This document shows positions 18,115 through 26,522 of a DNA stretch of 64,000 nt, piece after piece. The stretch lies in the NCBI GenBank assembly GCA_050011515.1, contig JBEKIZ010000003.1:16805-80804 (forward strand), given 5' to 3'. A model generated the notes under the pieces. It was not told the origin of the DNA, ran no database searches, and was given only the letters and a program-made list of their open reading frames with translations. The first letter of the stretch is position 1. Each line of letters begins with the position of its first letter. The translations under genes and the position numbers were made by a program. The DNA is from Terriglobia bacterium (GTDB lineage Bacteria; Acidobacteriota; Terriglobia; UBA7540).

Positions 18115-19440
18115 TTAGTCGTAGTACTCCAATCCCAAGTGAGTGATCAGCTCTTCACCTCGCAGGTGGCGGAGAGTGTTCTTGAGCTTCATAAGTTGAA
18201 TGAAGATGTCGTGCTCGGGGTAAACGCTGGCCGCGCACATGGGGCTCTTGAAGTAGAAGGACAACCATTCCTGGATTCCCATCTTCGCCAGGTCCGGGCA
18301 GCGTTGAGCGAGGTCCATGAAAAGGACGAGGTCCAGCGCCATGGGAGCGGCCAGGATCGAATCCCGGAAGAGGCAATTCACCTTAATCTGCATCGGATAG
18401 CCCAGCCAACCGAAGATATCGAGGTTATCCCAGCTTTCCTTATTGTCGCCCCGTGGTGGGTAGTACTCGATTCTCACCTTGTGGTAGTAACCCTTATAAA
18501 GCTCGGGGTAGAGATCAGGCTGAATGATGTACTCGAGCACCGAAAGCTTGCTTTCTTCTTTGCTGCGGAAAGCTTCGGGATCGTCCAGCACCTCGCCATC
18601 GCGGTTACCCAAAATGTTGGTTGAAAACCAACCTTTCAGTCCCAGCAGCCTGGCCTTGATGCCGGGCGCCAGGAGGGTCTTCATGAAGGTCTGACCTGAC
18701 TTGAAGTCTTTACCGCAGACGGGAACCTTCTTCTCGACGGCGAAGCTGGTGAGCGCAGGAATATCCGTGGTGATATGCGGTGCCCCGTTGGCGTGCGGGA
18801 TGCCCAGCTTCAAGGCAGCGTAGGCATAGATCATGCTGGGAGAGATGTCCGGGCTGTTTGACTTTAGCCCTTCTTCAAAGCTCTCGAGGGTGTCATGAAC
18901 AGGATGCGGCTTCGAATAAACTTCCGTCGATGCGCACCAAATCATGACCAGGCGGTCTGCGCCTGACTGCTTCTTGAAGCGCTGAATGTCTTCCATCACT
19001 CGGTCGGCAAGATCCATTTTTGACTTGTAGGTCTTGACATTGTTGGCATGAAGGTTCTTCACCCACTTCTGTTCAAACGCGGCGGGCATCGGCCGCAACT
19101 CGTCGAGAAAATCTTTCAACTGGTCAACCTGGACTTTTTCCAGAACCCCGGCTTTAATGGCCGCTTCATAGGCGCTGTCAGTGAAAAGGTCCCAGCCACC
19201 AAAAACCAGATCCTCGAGATTAGCCAAGGGCACGAAATCTTTGATCTTGGGAATCCGCTTATCCGTGCGTTTTCCCAGGCGTATCGTACCCATTTGTGTA
19301 AGAGAACCTATAGGGAGCGCAATCTTTCTACGAACCGCTTCCACCCCTGCGATCATGGTGGTCGCGACTGCCCCCATTCCGACCGTAAGAACACCTAACT
19401 TCCCTTTCGGTTCTGCTATTGGAATCTCTTTCTTTGTCAC
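18115..19440 (-). CDS. ino1: myo-Inositol-1-phosphate synthase (inositol-3-phosphate synthase)
   Basis: 441 aa. N-terminal NAD-binding LGVLTVGMGAVATTMIAGV, the conserved STNILGNRDG block and the overall MIPS layout. Confidence 0.9.
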   Translation of the reverse strand: MTKKEIPIAEPKGKLGVLTVGMGAVATTMIAGVEAVRRKIALPIGSLTQMGTIRLGKRTDKRIPKIKDFVPLANLEDLVFGGWDLFTDSAYEAAIKAGVLEKVQVDQLKDFLDELRPMPAAFEQKWVKNLHANNVKTYKSKMDLADRVMEDIQRFKKQSGADRLVMIWCASTEVYSKPHPVHDTLESFEEGLKSNSPDISPSMIYAYAALKLGIPHANGAPHITTDIPALTSFAVEKKVPVCGKDFKSGQTFMKTLLAPGIKARLLGLKGWFSTNILGNRDGEVLDDPEAFRSKEESKLSVLEYIIQPDLYPELYKGYYHKVRIEYYPPRGDNKESWDNLDIFGWLGYPMQIKVNCLFRDSILAAPMALDLVLFMDLAQRCPDLAKMGIQEWLSFYFKSPMCAASVYPEHDIFIQLMKLKNTLRHLRGEELITHLGLEYYD

Positions 19441-19699
19441 TTTTCTCGTCCTCCGCTTCTTAGGCAGGAAATCAATTCATCAAACCAAACCAGCTATGTT
19501 CCGCCAACAGGCATGAAATTGCAATCGGTTTTGCACCGTGTGGTGCGGGTCCCGTCAAAGTCGAGAGCCTTGGGGGGGGCCAAGGCCCCGAAGGGGCCTT
19601 CCTTGAGTAGCCGCAGTCCCGCAGGCGCGGAACTGCGGAGAGCGGTGCGAACGATTGACGCCAACCCCAACGGGGTTGATCCCGCCGACGCGGAACTGC

Positions 19700-20968
19700 T
19701 CACGGCATGCCCCTTCGGGGCAATTCCCGGCTCACAGAACCACCCGCTTGCCTGAAGCGCTCGAACCTGGCGCGTGGGTCGGCCATCGTGGGTCTGCCTT
19801 CAAGATCAACGTACCCCCCCTCACCCTGCGCGACGAGCCGTTGGTGGCCGAGCAGCAGCGCGGCACTCTCGCGGAACCAAGGCTCGAACTCCGGGTCGAG
19901 GGCGAAGGGGTCGAGGAGGGACCGGGCCTCCGGCGTGTTGTGTTCCGTGCCATTGAAGGCTGGCCACCAGCGGCGGCGCGCGGTCGAGACAATTTCGGAC
20001 AGACGCTGGCGCGTATTGCGGTGCGGGATGACCTCAATGGCGTAGAAGCCGGTCGCCTCTAATCGGTGGAGCAGAGCCTCGATGTCCCGCTCGCCGGAGG
20101 TAACCGGGTTTCCGAGGACCGGGTAAGTTGGGATAGATCCGAAGGCCAGGAAGATCCTGCGCAGCTCCTCAACGGAGACAAAAGCCTCCTCGGACTCGCG
20201 CACGAAGCAAGGAGCGCCCGCCTTGAGGAGTTTGGCCCGAAGGAAGATTTGTAGTGCGGCGTCGTCAGCCGCTGCCCGCGGAGCAGCCCCGCAACAACTC
20301 GAAATAGCCTCCGAAAGGGATACTCCCTGCACTGCGGCCCATTCGCGTAACCGCGCCAGCGTTGCCCAGGCCACGTGCCGTTCTGTGGCATTGCCTCGCG
20401 GCGTCAACCCACGAACGGACTCCCAGGTTGGGCCATCGGCATTCAGTCGATCCTTGAAGAGGGCGTCGACCTTTTCGGTCATCTCACGATTCCGCCGCTC
20501 GAGGGCCGCCCGCAGGCGCGCGAGGTTGCACATTTCGGTCGAGGAATCAGGCGGATTCCTGGTTACGCCTTTGCCGCACAGATACACACGGCCCGGGTTA
20601 TCGGGGTCATTGAGGAGCAGGCCGTCCGCCTCGGCGTCACGGTCCATGGCCACGGCCTCGAGAGAAAATGCCGCCGCAATGCCCGCCATCTCGCAGGCGC
20701 GGCGGAACTCCTCGTGCCCCGCAATCGTGTAGTGGTCGTTGATGCCCAGGACTGCGAGGCCCTCCCGCGCCGCCTGCCACACCGCTTCCGCCGGGGAGCG
20801 AAAGACGCTGAACGACTCGCTGGTGTGAATGTGGCAGTTGGTTCCACGGTGCAGTCTGGGGCCGAGCTGGGCGCAAAGTTGGCGGAGAGCGCTCAGGCGC
20901 TGTTCGAGCCCTCCCTGGTAAAGCTCCGTCTCAAGTTCGGCCGTTCTTTCGACCGCTGGGCTGTTCAT
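19700..20968 (-). CDS. PHP-domain metal-dependent phosphoesterase-like protein
   Basis: 422 aa. N-terminal NCHIHTSESFS and LGINDHYT resemble PHP (histidinol-phosphatase-type) metal ligands. The C-terminal half is unassigned. Confidence 0.55.
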   Translation of the reverse strand: MNSPAVERTAELETELYQGGLEQRLSALRQLCAQLGPRLHRGTNCHIHTSESFSVFRSPAEAVWQAAREGLAVLGINDHYTIAGHEEFRRACEMAGIAAAFSLEAVAMDRDAEADGLLLNDPDNPGRVYLCGKGVTRNPPDSSTEMCNLARLRAALERRNREMTEKVDALFKDRLNADGPTWESVRGLTPRGNATERHVAWATLARLREWAAVQGVSLSEAISSCCGAAPRAAADDAALQIFLRAKLLKAGAPCFVRESEEAFVSVEELRRIFLAFGSIPTYPVLGNPVTSGERDIEALLHRLEATGFYAIEVIPHRNTRQRLSEIVSTARRRWWPAFNGTEHNTPEARSLLDPFALDPEFEPWFRESAALLLGHQRLVAQGEGGYVDLEGRPTMADPRARFERFRQAGGSVSRELPRRGMP

Positions 20969-22923
20969 CGAACCATGACCTGCCCGCTGTCCACCACCAG
21001 TGTCTGGCCGGTGATGCAGCGCGCTGCGTCGGAACAGAGGAAGACGACGGCAGCAGCAACGTCCGAGCGCTTGATATCGCGCTTCAGTGCGGTCAGCGAA
21101 ACATAGTAGGGGATGACCTCTTCGGGCTTGATCCCCTTCTTGCGGGCGGCGGTTTTGATGTACTCCGGGTTCCAGATCTTCGACCCTTCGAAGACGTTGC
21201 CTGGGGCGAGGGCATTGACGCGGATGCCATCCGCCCCCAGCTCGAGCGCCCAGCCACGCATCAGGTGGAGCTCGCCAGCTTTCGTAGCGTTGTAAGCAGA
21301 GTTGGCTCGGGAAGCGTCCAAGCCGGTCTTTGAGGAAAGGATGACCATAGCGCCACCGTCACCCTGTGCACGCATGATGCGAGCCGCCTCCCGCGCCACC
21401 AGGAAATAACCGGTGAGGTTGATCTCCAGCGCCTGCCGCCACTTACTCACCGGCATGTCTACCAACTCGTAAGCAGGCGCAACCCCCGCCGCGCAAACGA
21501 CGATGTCCAGACCTCCCCAATGCCGCAAAAGCGTGTCAAATGCGCCTGCCACAGAGCTTTCGTCAGTGACGTCCATGTGCACGGGGAGTGCGCGCGAGGG
21601 TTCCGGTGAGGTGGCTGCCGCTTCTTCGGCGCCTTTTTCGTCAACGTCGCAGAAGGCCACCGCGGCTCCAGCTTCGACCAAACCCTGGGCAATCCCACAG
21701 CCCAGACCGGAGGCCGCACCTGTCACCAAGGCGACCTTCCGAGCCAGCGGAGCGGCAGCGGCGCCAAATAAAGCCGAGCGGTAGTGTTCCGCCTCCCAAT
21801 TGATGATGAATTCGGCGGAAGCCGGGCCGAGGTTGTGCGCGCCGCCCCGCCCCATTGCCAAACGCGTGATCTTGGCGGCGGCGACGCCCAGCGCCTCCGC
21901 CGCATCAAGCTGGGTAGCGTTTTCAGCCAGCAGGAAGGTTCCTACATTTCTAATCATGGCTACCCTTGGCGGAGCCTTCTCGCTCAATGCCGGTTTCAGC
22001 TTCGCGGCCAATTCGTCCGGTGATTCGCCCAACACGGCGCGGGAGCCCGTGTAAACAATATGGTCGGGTGTCAGTGAGCCACCGGCCAATGTCTCCGCCC
22101 TCTCGTCACACGCCGCCCCGGCCAACTCCGTATTATTCGTCAAGCGGGCGAAAGGAGCGCCTCCTCGCGCCTCTCGCCACGCGCGGCGCAACGAGACCAT
22201 GGCCTTGCGTAAGGCCGCAGAATCCAGGCCAGAGGATGCGCGCACCGGCGGCGCTTCCGGCAGGAAGTACCGCTCGCAACGTCCCACCCATTCATGATGG
22301 AGCGCCATGCATGCTCGCGCCTCAGGAGCCGAGACGAGAAGGCCGTGGTTCTCCATGAAAATGACAACCGGGGGATGGTTGTGTTTCTTTTCGTAAGCCT
22401 CAGCAGCAGACTTGATGGTGGTTGCGAGGCGCCAGCCGGGGTCGGTGTACGGCACCCAGAGCGGCGGGAGTTCACTCGCCGGTGTAATCTCCCCCAGGGC
22501 CTTCAACCCCGGCCCGCAATTCAGGGCGTTGGCCGCGACGGGGTGGGTGTGGATGACCACCTTGCCGAGCATGGCGTGGAGCGCGGTCTCGACGGATGGC
22601 CGCCCGCTGCCGCCGCTGACTGCGGAGGACAGATGTTGCAGCACACGCGCCTCGCGGGCATTCGTCTCCAGCGTGGCAAGGTCCTTCCGATCGAAGATGC
22701 TCAGGACTCCAGCCGTATCCAGTTCCACCCAGCCGGCGGACTCACTCATCGCCGTCAGGGGCGTACCGCTGGCCTTGATGGCCATGGTCCGCCCGTCCTG
22801 AGATTTCACCGATGTGTTGCCGCCGCCTGCCTGGACGTAATCCGGATTAGCGCCGACAGCGCGAGAGATTGCAATTAATTGCGCCAGAGATTCTTTATCC
22901 ATCGTCGTTGTTACTATTCGCAA
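20965..22923 (-). CDS. Bifunctional class II aldolase/adducin-domain + short-chain dehydrogenase (rhamnulose-1-phosphate aldolase/SDR-like)
   Basis: 652 aa. N-terminal GGGNTSVK aldolase-type block and a C-terminal SDR with ALVTGAASGLG and YNATKAG. It overlaps both neighbouring genes. Confidence 0.85.
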   Translation of the reverse strand: MRIVTTTMDKESLAQLIAISRAVGANPDYVQAGGGNTSVKSQDGRTMAIKASGTPLTAMSESAGWVELDTAGVLSIFDRKDLATLETNAREARVLQHLSSAVSGGSGRPSVETALHAMLGKVVIHTHPVAANALNCGPGLKALGEITPASELPPLWVPYTDPGWRLATTIKSAAEAYEKKHNHPPVVIFMENHGLLVSAPEARACMALHHEWVGRCERYFLPEAPPVRASSGLDSAALRKAMVSLRRAWREARGGAPFARLTNNTELAGAACDERAETLAGGSLTPDHIVYTGSRAVLGESPDELAAKLKPALSEKAPPRVAMIRNVGTFLLAENATQLDAAEALGVAAAKITRLAMGRGGAHNLGPASAEFIINWEAEHYRSALFGAAAAPLARKVALVTGAASGLGCGIAQGLVEAGAAVAFCDVDEKGAEEAAATSPEPSRALPVHMDVTDESSVAGAFDTLLRHWGGLDIVVCAAGVAPAYELVDMPVSKWRQALEINLTGYFLVAREAARIMRAQGDGGAMVILSSKTGLDASRANSAYNATKAGELHLMRGWALELGADGIRVNALAPGNVFEGSKIWNPEYIKTAARKKGIKPEEVIPYYVSLTALKRDIKRSDVAAAVVFLCSDAARCITGQTLVVDSGQVMVR

Positions 22924-23957
22924 TCGATGACAGCCTTGATTCCTTGTCCTGCCTCGACCACGGCATAGGCTTTGACCATATCTTGCAGTTTAAAGCGGTG
23001 GGTCAGGAAGCGATCCCAGGGCAAGTCGTCGCGGGAGACCATTTCCAGGGCCTGGTGGTAGTGCTGGAGGTTGGAAGCAAAGCAGCCAAAGACGGAAATC
23101 TCGTTGTAATGAATGAAATTGGTGTCGATGCCCAGCACCGGGTCGTCCTTGGGCACGCCGGCAAAGAATGAAACTCGCGCCTTCTTGCGAACCAGCTTCA
23201 GCGCATCAGCCTGGGCCGCCTTCACGGAACAGGCGACTATGGCCACATCGAATTTCTCTTCCCCGCCTGCCTCCATAATCTTACGGACAGCGTCCCCACC
23301 GGACGTATTCACGGGCAGACCGACCCCAAACTCGCGAACATAATCCAAACGTTCCTGCGACACGTCCGCCACCATCACCGGGTCGCAACCTCGCGCCTTT
23401 AAAATGCTGGCGTGCATCAGGCCAATGGGCCCCGCTCCGAAGACCACGGCGCGATCTGCGGGCTGCGGAGATAAGTACTCCTGGCCGTTCAGGACGCAGG
23501 AAAGCGGTTCGATCAGCGCCGCGCGCTCCACGGACATGGAATTCGGAATTGGAATCACGTTGCCTTGCGCCACCGCAGGGGCAGGAATCTTGACGTACTC
23601 CGCGAATCCCCCGGCGTAATCGTAACCCAGCGCGGTGAAGGAGTCACAGAGATTGTATTGCTTGCGATGGCAGTAAACGCACCTTCCGCAGCCAACCACG
23701 GTGGCGACCACAACTTTTTGGCCGATGTGGAGCCCACCTCCCACACCCGAACCGATCTCGTGAACGGTTCCCACAATCTCATGCCCGGTAATCGCCGGCG
23801 GCACTACGTTCTTCTGCCCATGGGTGTAAATGCGCTTGTCCGTCCCGCACACGGAACAGCGGAGGACCCGCAAAACAACCTCCCCGGTTCCAACCGTGGG
23901 CCTCGGAACATCCTCGATCCGCACGTCTCGCGGCCCGTAAAAAACTGCTGCTTTCAT
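22914..23957 (-). CDS. Zinc-dependent alcohol/polyol dehydrogenase (sorbitol/threonine dehydrogenase-like)
   Basis: 347 aa. CSVCGTDKRIY, GHEIVGTV, structural-Zn Cys cluster GCGRCVYC, and Rossmann VFGAGPIGL. Confidence 0.85.
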   Translation of the reverse strand: MKAAVFYGPRDVRIEDVPRPTVGTGEVVLRVLRCSVCGTDKRIYTHGQKNVVPPAITGHEIVGTVHEIGSGVGGGLHIGQKVVVATVVGCGRCVYCHRKQYNLCDSFTALGYDYAGGFAEYVKIPAPAVAQGNVIPIPNSMSVERAALIEPLSCVLNGQEYLSPQPADRAVVFGAGPIGLMHASILKARGCDPVMVADVSQERLDYVREFGVGLPVNTSGGDAVRKIMEAGGEEKFDVAIVACSVKAAQADALKLVRKKARVSFFAGVPKDDPVLGIDTNFIHYNEISVFGCFASNLQHYHQALEMVSRDDLPWDRFLTHRFKLQDMVKAYAVVEAGQGIKAVIDCE

Positions 23958-23996
23958 TTGACTCGTGACCTTTCTCCAGCCTCATGCGGCTGGTAC

Positions 23997-25772
23997 TCAT
24001 CTGACTGTTTTCTGTGAGCCAATCCAGGCATTGATTCTTGTTTCGAGCACCTCGAGGGGGACCGGTCCGTCCGCGAGCACGGCATCGTGAAAGGCGCGAA
24101 TATCGAATTTGTCGCCGAGGGAGTCCCGGGCGCGTTCGCGCAGTTCGACAATTTTCATCTGACCGAGCTTATAAGCCACCGCCTGCCCGGGCCACGCGAT
24201 GTAGCGGTCCACTTCGGTTTGGATGTTGGGTTCATCCATGGCGGTGTGCTGGCGGAAGAAGTCCACCATTTGCTGGCGCGGCCAGCGTTTGTAGTGCACA
24301 CCTGTATCCACAACCAGGCGAACAGAACGCCACATCTCATTCTCCAACCGTCCATATTCGCTATAGGGATCTTGGTAGAAACCGGCTTCTTTGCCCAGTC
24401 GCTCCGCGTAAAACGCCCAGCCCTCCGAATACGCATTGTAAGAAGCAAATCTGCGGAAGGGCGGAAGGTTCGGCAGTTCCTGCGCGATGGAGAACTGCAG
24501 ATGATGGCCAGGTATGCCCTCATGATAGGCAATCGCTTCCACATTGAGCAGGAGCCGATGCTGCGGATTATATTCATTGACGTTGATGCGGCCAGGGCGT
24601 GAATCGTCACCGGCTCCGGGTGAGTAATCGGCAGGGACGGCATCAGGAGCGCGAAACGCCTCCATGGGAATTACTTCCAGCTTGTTCTTTGGCAAATGAG
24701 AAAAAAGTTGCGGAAGCTTAGAATACATCTGGTCGGTGTAATGTTGGTACAGGCCGAGAAGTTGCTGACCGGAGCTCGCATAGAGATGGCGATCGTTCCG
24801 GATGTGCTCGTTGAAACTCGCCAAGTCGCTGAAGCCCTGCTGGTGAGCGATCTCGAGCATCTTGGTCTCGATTTCAGCCACTTGTTTGAGCCCCAGCTCG
24901 TGGATGTCTTCCGGGCCTAAATCGGTAGTCGTCATTTGTCGAATGTCGAAGCGATAACGGGCGTCACCCTCTGGCAATGCCCAAATACCAACTTCCGTGC
25001 CTCCCTTAGGAGCGTATTGGGTGCGTACAAAGGCGGCAAGATTCGCGTACGCAGGCGCCACTTCATTCTTCACCGCGGCGAGGATGGCATCGTGCAGGCG
25101 CTTCTGAGCAGCCTCCGAAATGCCCGCGGGGAACTTCGACACAGGCTGTGTGAATGGGCTGTCGTGCGGAGACTTGTCAGCGATATCCTGTGCTTGGAGG
25201 GCGACCTTCTCCAGCAGATATCGCGGTGGAATCAGACCGTCACGGAGGCCGAGCTGCATATCCGCTACGATCTGTTCGAAAATATGCGGGAGCTGGCGCA
25301 GGCGCGAGAGATAGTCTTCATAATCCTTCACCGAGCGAAAGGGCGTTGAGGAGGGCAGAGTTGCATAGGTCAGATGGATTCCGTTCATCTGGTCGACAGG
25401 CATTTCCCAGTCTTTGAATCGGGATGATTCGATCTGCTCGCGCAAGCTGCGTACCAGGAGAATCTTATTCAACTGTTCTTGCTCTGGGAAACCGGTGGTG
25501 TCGATAGAGTCGATGCTCCGCAGCGTCTGTTTCGCATGCTCCAGGTCCTCGGCGAAGAATTTGGCCGAATAATCGCTCACCCTGTCGTTGAATCGGTTGT
25601 CGCCGATATAGGTTGCCATCTCAGGGTGAACTTGAAGCTGATATTCCCACTCTTGTTGAAGCGCCGCACTCAGACGAGCGCGACGCATCTCTAGCGCAGT
25701 TTCTGCCCCTGTCCTTGGAATGGCAATCGTCACCAATGGAATTGCAAGAAGCACTATAGGAATCCACCTCAT
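23997..25772 (-). CDS. DUF885 family protein (secreted, putative metallopeptidase-like)
   Basis: 591 aa. Signal peptide and the signature YHEGIPGHHLQ. Confidence 0.85.
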   Translation of the reverse strand: MRWIPIVLLAIPLVTIAIPRTGAETALEMRRARLSAALQQEWEYQLQVHPEMATYIGDNRFNDRVSDYSAKFFAEDLEHAKQTLRSIDSIDTTGFPEQEQLNKILLVRSLREQIESSRFKDWEMPVDQMNGIHLTYATLPSSTPFRSVKDYEDYLSRLRQLPHIFEQIVADMQLGLRDGLIPPRYLLEKVALQAQDIADKSPHDSPFTQPVSKFPAGISEAAQKRLHDAILAAVKNEVAPAYANLAAFVRTQYAPKGGTEVGIWALPEGDARYRFDIRQMTTTDLGPEDIHELGLKQVAEIETKMLEIAHQQGFSDLASFNEHIRNDRHLYASSGQQLLGLYQHYTDQMYSKLPQLFSHLPKNKLEVIPMEAFRAPDAVPADYSPGAGDDSRPGRINVNEYNPQHRLLLNVEAIAYHEGIPGHHLQFSIAQELPNLPPFRRFASYNAYSEGWAFYAERLGKEAGFYQDPYSEYGRLENEMWRSVRLVVDTGVHYKRWPRQQMVDFFRQHTAMDEPNIQTEVDRYIAWPGQAVAYKLGQMKIVELRERARDSLGDKFDIRAFHDAVLADGPVPLEVLETRINAWIGSQKTVR

Positions 25773-25858
25773 AACGGGAGTAGATTATCACAGACAACGA
25801 CTCCAAACGAGTAGCTAAACCTCAGATGTCGCACATTTTGCTGAACCAGGAGGGGAGC

Positions 25859-25887
25859 TTGACAAACTCCAACCAATCGGCTACAGT
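25859..25887 (+). promoter_or_regulatory. Candidate sigma70-type promoter TTGACA-17-TACAGT
   Basis: A perfect -35 (25859-25864), a 17-nt spacer and -10 tacagt (25882-25887). It lies in the 750-bp divergent intergenic region and reads towards the repeat triplet and the 26523 gene. Confidence 0.3.
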
Positions 25888-26106
25888 GCTAGCGTATGGC
25901 TGGGGAGGGGGTAGGTGGTAGGTAATGCGTGGCAGGTGGGGAAAGGACTCTTGCCCGCAGGCCCTTCAATCCGACGGGCCGTGCGAGCTGGGAAACAGTC
26001 CATATGCAGGCTTTCACTGTCAACTGTAGACTGCCCCGCCGCGGCAGGTCGGCTGTCCCCCGCCGAATGCACTGCGAAAAGAGAATTCTTTTTTTGCGGG
26101 AACGAC

Positions 26107-26221
26107 GCGGGAATGTCTATGAAAACAAAGGACCGCTGTAGAAAAGTGGGCAGGAAGCGGGAATGTTTGTGAAAATAAAGGTAGTTATGCGTCAAAAGCG
26201 GGAATGTATATGAAAAAAAGC
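26107..26221 (+). promoter_or_regulatory. Three direct repeats GCGGGAATGTnTrTGAAAAnAAAG
   Basis: Copies at 26107-26131, 26157-26181 and 26198-26221, with start-to-start spacing of 50 and 41 bp. Confidence 0.6.
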
Positions 26222-26522
26222 AGGTTAATTTGTTCAGTCGAGATCAATTAGGCGCCCACCTACGACAGAAAGTCCCACCTCAGATCAGAGCCACTGTCAT
26301 CTCATCTCGGACTTAATGTCCTCGCTCCGCGCCGCACGCAATGCGTCTGCCACCCGCCTGCTGGCTTCGAGTCTCCCAACCGAGTAAGCTGTGGCCGGTG
26401 CTGGTGTCATTTGCGAGACATGGGCGTGTCGAAAGCCATCCCATCCCAAATGACACCAATACCCCGTGGCCTTCCTGGTTGCGTTCGAGTAAACATTGTG
26501 GTTTATAATGTGTGGAATCGCC

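Noticed and set aside
26112-26250. Three overlapping mini-ORFs (19, 16 and 15 codons) that start at the ATG inside each GCGGGAATGT repeat.
   Set aside because: There is no correctly spaced Shine-Dalgarno, the peptides are not conserved among the three copies beyond the repeat itself, and the stop of one falls within the next repeat by construction. I treat them as a DNA/RNA motif, not genes.
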